DNA of 64,000 nucleotides from Magallana gigas. Its lineage: Eukaryota. The DNA lies in NCBI RefSeq assembly GCF_963853765.1, contig NC_088860.1, positions 30,628,001 to 30,692,000 of the forward strand, given 5' to 3'. The notes under the pieces are model-generated. The model was not told where the DNA came from, ran no database searches, and worked only from the letters and a program-made list of their open reading frames with translations. Below, piece by piece: positions 34,480-46,065 of this stretch. A program made the translations under genes and the position numbers. The first letter of the stretch is position 1. Each line of letters begins with the position of its first letter.

Positions 34480-37125
34480 CACCATCCTTATTATTCTGTG
34501 AGGATCGAGAAATAGATATTGAGAGTGATTGGACTGCTGGAAGTGATATCATAAAAAATACACGTGAAGAAGTCCTAGGGGAAAAAACAGTCAGAAGAAA
34601 GAATGGATGTCTGATTCCACATGGCAGAAGGTCAAAGAAAGGCGTAAAATGAGAGAAAAAGTTAACAACGCTAAAACAAGGACACAAAAGAATGATACAC
34701 ATACCAAGCTCCTAAAGCTAGATAAAGAAATCAAAACATTAGGCATGAATTGCAAAAGAGAGTATGTCAACCAACTTGCAACAGAAGCAGAAAGAGCTGC
34801 CAACATGGTAGATATAAAAAATCTTTACAACATTAGCAAAACCTTATAGCCAGAGGTAAAACATGCAAGTCTAAACAAAGATGGTAAGGTCCTCACCAAG
34901 CTAAACGAATAAATGGAAAGGTGGAATGAACAGTGTATTGGATAGGCCAGAACCAGAGATACCGGTAACCTTATCACCCTCAAAATAACGGTTAAAGAAA
35001 CATGAAATTAACAAAGCCTAAAATCATCGAAGAACGGTAAAGCGACTGGAGTTGATGGTATACCACCTGAGGAGTTAAAATATGGAGGAGAAGAGATAAT
35101 TGAATACTTGTATAAACTATGAAAGAAGGTAAGCTTCTTTTTCAGTCAAGTATCGTATTATTCATTTTAGGTGAAACGTAAATATACAATCTAATTGAAT
35201 ACAATTAAGATATACAGTCTCCAGAACAATAACAATATACATTTAATTTGCACCTTTATTTCTTAAGGCTGTAGGTGAGGAGACAAGCGTGTAGCGGTGT
35301 ACATTCAGTGTACTGAGCATGATAGCACACCTACTTTATTATAATTTATTTAAAGTTGTACATGTAACTCTGCAAAAATTGCTCTCTGAATTTCATGACG
35401 TCAGGCAAAAATCTTGGTAAGAAAATATGCAGATTCGGGACCACGGCTGCGAACTATACTCATGGACAGTCTTCCAATAGGACAATGCGCAGATTGACCC
35501 AGGAACTGATCTGTTTTATAACTTCTACGAATTTTTCCAACACAGACTCTCTGATTCCTTCCCAGAATTCCAATTTACGCGCAGGCGCAACTGAAGTTTC
35601 ATCCCAACTTAATTAGCCAGCCCGCGAGCTGACTAATACTATCTGGAAAGCTGAGAGAATACCAACAGAATGGAACAATGGGCTACTTGTAAAAGTGCCT
35701 AAAAAGGGAGAATTAAGCTCACCCCAAGACCTAAGCTGCTGTGAAAATTGGAGGGCATAACCATGCTGCCAGTAGCTAGCAAGATCCTCTGTAGAGTCAT
35801 ATTAAACAGAATTAAAGACGCAGTAGATAAAGTTTTACGTAACGAACAGGCAGGCTTTAGATCCAACAGTAACTGTACTGTTTAAATAGCAACTCTAAGA
35901 ATAATTGTGAAACAATCCGTCGAATGGAAGTCATCACTGAACATCAATTTTATTGATTTTGAAAAGACATTCGACAGTGTCAACAAAGATGGAATGTGGC
36001 AACTATTGCGGCACAATGGAATACCATCAAAGACAGTGAATGCATGTTATCAAGACCCTATATTAAGAATTCTCAGTGCACGTGATAACTGTACCATCCC
36101 TCACTGATTCCTTTCAAGTAAATACCGGAGTAAAACAAGGCTGCTTACTCTCGCCCACCCTTTTCTTATAAGTGATAGACTGGGTTACAAAGAAAGCATT
36201 TGACAAGCCAAGGGAAATACAGTGGAATTAGAAGACCTAGACTTTGCTGACGACTTTGTCCTATTATCTCACCAGATAAAAGACATTAGAGAAAAGACCA
36301 ACAAACTAAGTGAAATTGGAAAGAAAATATGGCTCAATATTAACAGCAAAAAAACAAAGATTGTGAAAGTGAAGACTATAGTCTGTCCCAGGTTCTCGAT
36401 TCCGGGATATTTTGACAAATTTTTAATAAATGTTGCAGAATTTTTTTTAGTGAAATGAATAAATTTCGAAGCAAAATTTCCAAATAAAATAACCGTTAAC
36501 TGATTTTTTTATAGAAAAGACGAATCAATCACAATCGAGGGGGAATAACTGGAAGAGGTAAAGCAATTCACTTACCTAGGATCCATTTTTAGCAAGACAT
36601 GTGGCTCAGACGAGTATATTTATGCCAGAATAAGCAAAGTTCAACAAACCTTCGCAAAGATTGGTATAGTTAACACCAATGTCAAATATATGTGCTTTCA
36701 TACGGATGTAAAACCTGGAGATTAACAACAGGACTACAACAAAATATCCTAAGAACAAATAGCTACGACACATATGTAAAGTGACCTAGCCACTAAACAT
36801 ATCTAACGAACAACTACTGGCATGGAGCGTACCAGCCAGAAACCAGCATCTCTCCAGATCCAGAAAAGAGCATGGACTGGCCACACATGGAGAAAGTCGC
36901 AAAACAGCAACTCCAGAGATGCATTAGACTGGAACCGACATGGCCAGAGAAAACAAGGGATGCCACTGCACAGTTAGAAAGGAACAAGGTTGAAAGAACT
37001 TGAAAATATTGGAAAGTCCTGGAATTGGGCAAAAATAACAGTCCAAAACAGAGTGAGATGGAGGGCGACTGTTTAATAGCCCTATGCTCCAGAAGGGACG
37101 AAAAGAATTAAGTGAGTAATAAATA
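34480..37125 (+). mobile_element. Decayed, 5'-truncated RTE-clade non-LTR retrotransposon with internal insertions
   Basis: Frameshifted fragments: WQKVKERRKMREKVNN...KREYVNQLATEAERAA...LYNISKTL, KNGKATGVDGIPPEELK, LNINFIDFEKTFDSVNKDGMWQLLRHNGIP, LEDLDFADD (RT catalytic), FTYLGS. Ends in a TAATAAATAAAT tail. Insertions at 35129-35640 and ~36378-36516. Confidence 0.85.
35129..35640. mobile_element. 512-bp unclassified insertion splitting the RTE ORF
   Basis: The LINE peptide LYKL.KK|IWKAERIP is split exactly here. Hairpin TAGCCAGC-CCGCGA-GCTGACTA lies 6 nt from the right end; no TIR or TSD seen. Confidence 0.6.
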
Positions 37126-38188
37126 AATGCGCAAGTCTTGGAGCATTTAAATATAATCAGAACTTTTGCCAAGTAGCGGATCTTGCGTTGATGTGTTTGT
37201 GTTGTGAAAGGGGGGGGGGGGGTGTGACTACCTTTGATTGGATTTTCAGAGTTAAAAAAATGGAGTTAATGAAAAATAGTACACTCTAAGTTACTAATAC
37301 ACTAATACAATCCCTTGTAAATTTTCAAGATTATGCATATGCAGAAAATCGGTCGGTGCTTTAGGAATATTGAATACCTCCTACTCATATCCACGAAAGC
37401 TGTAAGGTTCGACAATTTTCTCGACAAATAGACACCATTGATTTCATCTTTTTTTAAAAAGATGTTCAAATCTTCCGTTAAAGTCTGAAGATGCACAGTT
37501 CTATGTGATTAAAAGGAAAGTTGTTCTGTATACTTGACTACATGTGTGCGCAATTTTGCACACAAAACATGCTCGTCCGTCAATTTGTTATTTTTATGTC
37601 ATCGAATGCTCAAGAAATTAAGTACGAGTTTTCGTGAATGTTGCAGAATAAGCTCCTATGTCGAGAAATGTTGTTTTGAATTATAAAGAGTATGAGCGTT
37701 ACCTCGAGACCGATGATATACCGTCAGTTACAGCTTGTATTGCTTTAAGACAGTGAATGAACTGAGGGGATTCGAAATGAGATATAAACAATAAAACAAT
37801 TATTTGATGGTGCTTCGTGTGGGTATGGAGATAGCGAGCGGGTTATTTTTATTTTTATATACTAAGTATGTGTAATGCTCGTTGATCGTTATAGCCATAT
37901 GAACCACCTAAGAAAGCATGTTATTGTTGGGAGTTGATTTTAATCAACTCTCCTATGCAGTTACTCAGACAAACCGAAAGTGAAACAGTTTGGACCTCAG
38001 CACAAATCATAGCTGCTGACAAAACTTAGTTCCTGAAAATAATTGATAAACTCGATGTAATGAATGCTAAAGCATTGTTTTTCAAGGAAACTTATTTATA
38101 AATACATTGAAAATAGTCAGATTTTGAATGGTACAAACAACTCAAATAATTTTTGTAGTCGTATGTATTCCTACGCCAGAGTTCAATA

Positions 38189-38277
38189 TAGTCTCGTTCA
38201 ACTCGACGCTCGGCTGTCTCCGTAAATCCTTGTCGGAGATTTACGGTGTCAGCTGAACGTTTGGTTGAACGAGACTA
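38189..38277. mobile_element. 89-bp TAG...CTA hairpin element with 10-bp target duplication
   Basis: Arms TAGTCTCGTTCAAC / GTTGAACGAGACTA with an inner CCGTAAATC/GATTTACGG stem. Perfect GAGTTCAATA on both sides (38179-38188, 38278-38287). Confidence 0.85.
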
Positions 38278-38722
38278 GAGTTCAATATTGCTTGGATCCA
38301 TACAATTTTCGAGAAATATTTCTATTACTGATACATAGTTTGATTGAATTAATTTTATCTTTAAATATTATTTAACATGATTCATATAGGGGTTTCTTGA
38401 CATTCTTGTCGAAAAAGTCCAAAAATGCATATGATAAAAATGTGCGTAATTAAAATTAGAAACTACATGTACCTTTTATGCAAAAATAACATATCATTGA
38501 TTTTAAAATAAATAAACATCGACAAAATCAACTCCCGTCAGTTCTTCAGTACTTTGATTTTAATATTGCAGTCTAAAGAGGTGTTTATAGCTTTTAAATA
38601 AAAATAGCAAACATCTATGAAGAAAATTTATATTTTATTTCTTGAACTCGTATCATTATTTAACAAATTAACCCTGATCGAAAAGTGGAATGTTGTTTTT
38701 GCTGAGAATACGTATTCTTCCA

Positions 38723-40680
38723 TCATGCAGAGGCCTCTTCTTTCTAAACAAAGCAAAATCAAAAATATTTATATAGTATTCATATATACGTGTTCAAGGC
38801 ACGTGCATGTACGCAGACATGCATTGAAGTTTATAAAAGACTGGAAGATACAGTTGTTAAAGGCAATTTATCAGTGTGAACAACAAAAGTGTTGTAAAAT
38901 CAATCAAAATTCATGAATCTTGTTATTGTATACATTTGCCATGAAATAAAATTTACAAGTACAATATCTAGAAGTAAAGAATTACCTTGAATTCGGAAAA
39001 GCTGAAGAAGAACAATTTTCTCGGCATGAAGCTTTCATCGTCATCATCTTCATCATCGTCATCGAGGACAATCTAAAAACAATAGAAAAGAGAAACTTTT
39101 TTTTACCAAAATCAATTCTATTAATAATAAGTTACAGTTTGTATTTCAGTGAAAGGGATCATTATAAAATTTAATTAACTTCAGGGCAACTAATGCCATT
39201 TATAACGAGGAATTTAGAGAGAAAAATTTGACATCGCTGCCTTCTCTTCTCTCAAAATAAACAAATTTGGATACAGTTTTATGAGTGTTTTATGCATTTC
39301 TCCAGGGCCGTATTACAATATCTCTAATTTCTTGGTAAGTTGTAAAGTAATAATGAAATGTAATTACCATGTTACTTACACTGAAACCGGTCTTCTTCAT
39401 TCCTCTTTCTTCTTTTAACAGCTGATTGGTTTCTACGGCTTCCAATTCAGGATCTTTGGGTTTCGGCTCCTTTGATCTAGTCCTTGATTTGTTGAAACTT
39501 TGTTCGGCTTTTTCATCTCTGTGAAGAAATTTATTAGTTATTAGATATGATAGCTATAAGTTTTGTCTGTACATATAAAATAATATACATTTGTATTAAA
39601 TTGATTAATTGAGATTTATACTTATCATTTAATACATCTTACGTCAAGTACGTATAGTCTATTTAATTTTTAAAAAAGAAAATAGAACTATGAAATACAA
39701 TTACTAATGAATTACAAAAACAATGTATGCATGTAGTAAAAAGGAAAGGAAGATATTTTACCCGAGATCATCAATTTAGTTTTCACTGTCCTTCGCTCTT
39801 TCCAAATCTTTATGCCCTTCATCTCGAAGGTTTTCTCTCTCTTTCTTCAAGCCTTCATCGTCTACGTGCCTAGCATCTTCAGACGGCGAAGTATTTACTT
39901 CTTTCACGGGAGTGAAATTTTCTTCGTTTTCTTGCTTCATCTCCATACCAGCCCCTTCATCCTTTTTGATATGACGTTCCTCTTCAACCATCGACTGGTA
40001 TACTTCTCGCTGACTCTTTAATCCTTCTTCAACTTTCTTTATTATTTCTGATTTTACTCCGTCAAGTAAGTATTCAACCAACTTATCAAACTGCACACCC
40101 TGTGTCTCGTCTTCTTCGACATTTATCTTTGGTGATTGAACCACAGAATTCTCAATCTGACCATTTGGCTTCTCCTCATCTTTCTCTGAAACTGCCGTCC
40201 CAGTACCCTCAATTTCATTCTGACTCCAATCTTCTTTCCCGTTCCCTTCTAATGCCTGTACCACCTTATCCTTTAAATCAAACGCCCCAGGGTCGTCTGA
40301 CATTCTTCCATTTGGAGCCCCCATGGTTTTGTCAAGATGCTCTGTTTTCTCCAAACTCTTCATCGTTTTAACGTTCGGCCGTCTCCTTCGTTTCCGCTTG
40401 ATGTGCCTTTCTAGCGCAAGGAGTCTTCTTTCCTCTAATACAGGAATATTCTTAATTCGACGTTGCATTTCCCCATTTCCAATTCCAGTTGCTCTCTTGT
40501 CATCTGAACGTTGATACTCCTGGCCCTCTGTGATTGGAAAGTTTTTCTATATTTAAAAAAGACAAAAGAGATTGCTAAAATTCTGTTGCAACTTTATGAT
40601 TTATCGATAACGCATACATAATTAATTTTACTTACCATATTGAAAACTGGACCATTTCTAGAATCTGACTGTGATTCCAT
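38723..40680 (-). pseudogene. Unrecognised charged protein, copy B, with premature stop (271 aa if translated)
   Basis: Exons 40636-40680, 39762-40546, 39380-39518, 38986-39072 and 38723-38743 keep all splice sites. The AAA (Lys) of copy A is TAA at 39776-39778. 19 differences over the 230 aligned ORF-track residues. Confidence 0.65.
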
Positions 40681-41060
40681 TTTACTGTGATCTGAAACGA
40701 GAGATGTCTTCCATAACCACATCTGAGATATAATGTTCATGTGCATACATACAATATTTAATTGTCAAAACTACCGACAACCATGCGATTTTTCATTACT
40801 GACCTGCCAACTCCTCTGTTGTATGCTGTAGTGATAGTGATTGCGTCGTTTTGATTGTGACGTTATACCATGTGACTATGATTGTGACGTCACGTTAACT
40901 CGCAAATCGAAAACGGAAGACGGATCCGGCGACGATGTAACGAAGAATACTTTTTTTCAAATTAATTTCTGATTCAGGATCAAATGGCCACTCTCTTTGT
41001 TGTATTTACACTGTTAAATAACAGGATCTTCACATTTGTTATCAGACAATTTTAAGTCTA

Positions 41061-41157
41061 TACTGTCCCTTCCGATATATTTCATTTTATCAAATAAAAT
41101 ATTCAACATGAATATTTTTTTGGATAAAATTAATGAAATATATCGGAAAAGACACTA
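41061..41157. mobile_element. ~95-bp TA-duplicating hairpin MITE present only in the right arm
   Basis: Arms CCGATATATTTCATT / AATGAAATATATCGG. The left arm shows the empty site (GACAATTTTAAGTC-TA-CATAAAAATC in reverse complement). Confidence 0.8.
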
Positions 41158-42022
41158 CATAAAAATCTGACGAGTTGATATCGGACAAGGTAAAGGAATG
41201 ACTATTTTAAAACTATGATTCATAACTTTTTACCATATACATATATCGCGTATAGATTTAGTTTGACACCCCCCCCCCTTTTTTTTGAATATTGAGTGTA
41301 AAAACTCAATATTTGTGTTGTTGACGGTCTGTATTTTACTTCTTAGTTACATATTAAAATAGAATACCCCCCCCCCCCCCCGAGACGTATCAGTCGCCTA
41401 ATAAGTCAAATTATACCACTATACTATATCTTGTGTATTTATTTATATATATCTGTATATAGTAGGGTAGAATTTTTCGATATATTTAAGCGACTGATTG
41501 ATAAAAATTCAGGTTCCCGTGGTCCGACCACCCTTGTTCAGCTGTTGTTAGTGTGAATGTTCCTACATGTTAACACCAGAAACAAAGGGCTATTCTATGA
41601 GAACATTTCGTTAGTCGTCAGAAGCATATTAATTTTTGTTACGGTCATTTTCACTGAAAAAGCCGAGATTTTAGGTTGATGCAAAACCAGCCACAAACTC
41701 TACATTACATATATATTGGCATGTTTAAGAATACTGTGCTTTAAACATCCTCATGCCAATCATGGCTTTGGTGATATACCGTAAGTATTATGCTATCAAC
41801 AAGAAAATGAAAATTCGGAATGCTCTTATTAAATCCGAGAAAAGTCTTGTGTTAGAATTCTCCTATATACTAGATCTATTAAACGTTTTAGTGTTTCGAA
41901 ATTAAACAGTCTACTGAAGCGCCAAATAAACATTGATTATTTTGTACACGTTAGATGGGAGAGGGAAAACAAATGTAGAACTGATGTTCTTTTAAGAAGT
42001 GTCAGCTCCTAAATCTTGGAAA

Positions 42023-44885
42023 ATGGCACGAAAACATAAAAATGATCACCACCACAATCATCGTGAAACAAAGGCAGTCCAAAGAAAAAGAAATAAATCG
42101 GAAAACGATCCCGACGTAGAGGCTAAGTCAAATGAGCCGGCGATCAAACCAAAACCCCGGCACAAAAAGCCACTCGACCAGTCACAGCAGAGAAAAATGG
42201 CATGGATTATACTGTTTGTATTGGCAGTAATTTTAGGTGCAACTGTCTACATACGCTATCAAATTCATCTTCAGGAGTTGGTGATTACTCCACTTAATGT
42301 TCCTAAAATGATAGCTGAAAACGCGTCATCTGCAAAAGTGACGCCAGAAAAATTCTGGGGAACCTATCGATCAAATCTGTATTTTGGCTTGAAAACACGG
42401 TCTCCAACTTCTCCAGTAGTTGGATTAATGTGGTTAGAACAAGCTAGAACTATGCCTCCCCCAATCCGACACTGGTGTAGTCAAGACGATAGATTAAATC
42501 AATATGGTTGGCTCAAACATGATGGAGTTAACTTTGGCATCCAAGATATTGTAGAGCAAAATTTCAATATTACAACATCGTATGTAAAGAGACAAGGAGG
42601 GGAGCATGGCGGTGATTGGACAGCTCGAATTACAGCAATACCCAAAGTATGAAACATTATGTGTAATTTGTTAGAAAAAATAAATAACGCATCAGCCAGG
42701 TTCTTTAGATTCATTTTAAACATGAGTTGGATGAATATGTATGCACATAAATTGCATACCTCACAGATTTTTAATATCTAGCAAACTTTTCTGTTGAGCA
42801 CCAAATCGCAAGAATACAAAAACATTGAACAAAGAATCATCTGAATGAGTAAAAATATTTTAGATGTTTATTAGCCATGTGTTTATAAAGCTCTCATTTG
42901 TTAATAAATGTCAAAGTACAATAAGTTTTGGTTTAACATTGTCTAAGTTGCTACTGGAATTGATTTGCTAAATTTTCATAATTTTTATTTTTCAGGATGT
43001 CAACAGGCCTGTTATACTGTCTCTCATGTTTTACATGGCATTAGATGGTCAAGGCTCTTTAACACCAAACATTATGAAAAATAGAATGGACTCTATAAAT
43101 GGACAATCACTAGAACTGGGCAACTTCAAGTTGTCATTTCCCAAAGCTAAGGATGGTAAAGGAACAAAATACCACCATCTAATTTCATATGCTTCTAGAC
43201 TTGACAGGCTCAAAGACCTGTTACAGAATTCTCTGCAGACTGACAGCTTTAATAAAGAAAGGACAATTCCATTCTTTGCTTTAGCAGGACGTCTTGTTCC
43301 GAGAGATAGTCCAGATCCAAATTTCATGGTTCATCAAGTCACAGCACAGCTACCATTAGAAATGGAAGTTGTGTTTGAATCAGGTAGCCATAGTGCTCGA
43401 CATGAATCTCTCCAGGGCGATTTATACTCCCACAAACTAGCAAAATTTGCTAAAGATTTCGATAATAAATTTTCTGAAGTATTTGATATTGATAAAAAAG
43501 GTTATAATGCAGCGGAAATTGATTTTGCAAAAGCTGCCCTGAGTAACATGATTGGCAGCATAGGATATTTCTATGGCTCTTCACTTGTGAAGTCAAAGTA
43601 CAACAAAGAACCAATTTATTATTGGCCTGCCCCTTTATACTCAGCAGTCCCTTCCAGATCCTTCTTTCCAAGAGGATTTCTTTGGGATGAAGGTTTTCAC
43701 AATCTTCTGATCAGCCAGTGGGATCCTGAAATATCAAAGGACATTATTGCACACTGGTTAGACTTGCTCAATGCCGAGGGCTGGATCCCTCGAGAACAAA
43801 TTCTGGGAGCAGAGGCCAGGGCCCGAGTTCCTGATGAATTTGTCGTACAAAGAAATGAGAATGCTAATCCCCCTACTTTGTTCTTGCCCCTTCAGCGTTT
43901 GATTAAAGACATGATAACAAGCCTTGATCCAAAAGACAAGCAGTTCTTAACAGCAGTGTTCCCAAGACTGCAGAAATGGTTCAGTTGGTTCAACACAACA
44001 CAAGTGGGAAATGAGCCCCTGACCTACTACTGGAGAGGGAGGGATGAGAAAACAATTAAAGAGTTAAATCCTAAGACTCTGACTTCAGGTCTTGACGATT
44101 ATCCTCGGGCTTCTCATCCAAACTCAAAAGAGAGACATCTGGATTTGAGATGTTGGATGGCGCTGGCATCAGGGATTCTAGCAGACATTGCTAAGACACT
44201 TGAACAGGATTCAAAAGAGTATGAGGCCACGCATCAAGTTCTGACAGACAATACTTTATTAGACAAGTTGCATTGGTCTCCAAAGAAGGAATGCTATTGT
44301 GATTATGGACTTCATTCTAACAGAATCATTTTAAAGAAACCCATGCCTCCCAAAAATATACAACCAGGACAACCATATGACCAAGACAAGATAAGAGATG
44401 TGAAAACAGAACCCAAGATGCAGTTTGTGGAGTCTTTTGGATATGTTTCTTTGTTTCCATTCATGCTGAAGATTGTAGAACCCAACTCTCTAAAACTGTA
44501 TAAAATCTTAAATGATCTCACCAATACAGATTTACTATGGACCAACTATGGACTTCGGTCTTTGGCAAGAAATGCGCCACAGTATCAGAAACGGAACACT
44601 GAGCATGACCCTCCATACTGGAGAGGGGCCATCTGGATCAACATGAACTATCTTACCCTTGGTGCCCTACATCACTACTCCAACACAGCCGGCCCATATC
44701 AGCATCTAGCTCAAGGCATATACAAGGATTTACGTGCAAATATAGTAAATAATATAATTAAGGAATATTATAGAACAGGTTATATTTATGAACAGTACAA
44801 TGATAAAACTGGTGAAGGGAAAGGCAGCCATCCCTTTACTGGGTGGTCGGCTCTGGTTGTACTCATCATGGCAGAAAAATATTAG
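42023..44885 (+). CDS. MOGS: Mannosyl-oligosaccharide glucosidase (ER glucosidase I, GH63), 2 exons, 837 aa
   Basis: Exons 42023-42646 and 42996-44885 join in phase 0. Basic cytosolic N-terminus and TM (MAWIILFVLAVILGATVYI), FWGTYRSNLYFGLKTRSP, VPSRSFFPRGFLWDEGFH, LTSGLDDYPRASHP, YWRGAIWINMNY, IYEQYNDKTGEGKGSHPFTGWSALV. Confidence 0.97.
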
Positions 44886-45328
44886 ACTAGTCCAAAGTTC
44901 AGGTTTATTGTGTTCATTCAGGTATAGATGAATGTCTGTTGATTGTGTTATGATAACTAGATGGAGTTAAACAAGTGTTCTATAATGAAATATCAGCCAT
45001 CCTCATTTGATTACTGTGTTCTGTCAGGTATAGATGAATGATTAAATGTCTGTTGATTGGACAACGATTACTAGATAAAACTTTACAAGTAGGATTTTTT
45101 ATAAATTTGTAAAATTAGCAAATCTCATTTGATTCATATAATTTTCATTTTATGCTGCACAATGTAAAACAGATATACCATTGATGGTCTTTTCATGTTT
45201 TGTTTTAATATTATAAATGTTATAATTGCAATCATAATATATTGTCAATGAATGGATGTTCATTGAAAATGGTTTGCATGTTTATGCATGTATAGATGTG
45301 TGACAGTCAGACGTTTTTGAATACCAGC

Positions 45329-45536
45329 GCCAGATAGCGCAGTTGTTAGAATACATGACTAGAGATTCAGGGTGCAAAGGTTCAAATACCAGTCTGATCC
45401 ATCATTATTTCTCCCATTCTGATACAATTGGTGCCATGACCAGGATCAAATGTATCTGGATGACAGACCAAACCAGGATTCAAACCAAGGCCGCCTGAAT
45501 CTCTAGTCAGGTGCTGTACCAATTGAGCTATTTGGC
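45329..45536. repeat. Pair of inverted, degenerate tRNA-like (SINE-head-like) sequences
   Basis: Plus head GCCAGATAGCGCAGTTGTTAGAATACATGACTAGAGATTCAGG...GGTTCAAATAC. Minus head GCCAAATAGCTCAATTGGTACAGCACCTGACTAGAGATTCAGG...GGTTTGAATCC. Both have A-box- and B-box-like motifs. Confidence 0.65.
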
Positions 45537-46065
45537 ACTTGTTTTCGATCCTGTCTGATTGTCACAGATGTAATGAATTGCAGTGCATGAATAAAGATAT
45601 TAAATCGTCTGTAACATGTGTCTTTTGAAAGTAAATGCAAAAATGGTTTAAAGGAATTGCCTTTTGTCAACTTGTTATCACTTGTGTAGGGGGATAAGGT
45701 ATCTTTTCACATTTTCTTGTCCTCTGAGACTGAAAAAAAATATTTTGCTTCACCTAAGCTAAATTAAGGTAATTTTGTCTATTATCTCAACGTCAGAAGA
45801 CAAAAGCAACCCTAAGTTATTGGCTCTCAAGTTTGCTAAAAATGGATCAGGCTCTCTTCTTGGGGAAAATCCCAATACCATATAACATCCAAATATATGC
45901 TAGATATTTATTGAACATTTAATGCTTTTGCATCATATTGCTACACGTTATTGCTATTTCATAACGCTGAAACCAGACACTCTATATTTGAAAAAAAAAA
46001 TATTATACTATATAAGTATTGGCTAGTTTCTTTTTTATTTTTGGAAAAAAATGGTTAATTAATAA

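Larger units (their letters stand above)
38544..41285 (-). repeat. Right arm of the inverted segmental duplication
   Basis: Reverse complement of 20883-23515, plus a 97-bp insertion at 41061-41157 and a 24-nt longer exon 3. Confidence 0.92.

Noticed and set aside
20883-41285. The inverted arms as terminal inverted repeats of a giant DNA transposon
   Set aside because: The arms consist of an intron-containing gene, no TSD is evident at the outer ends, and the spacer has no transposase, integrase or polymerase ORF. Treated as a segmental duplication.
43049-44545. Antisense ORFs inside MOGS (likewise inside AP-2, ZRANB1 and the orphan genes)
   Set aside because: Shadow frames of real coding sequence with no independent signals.
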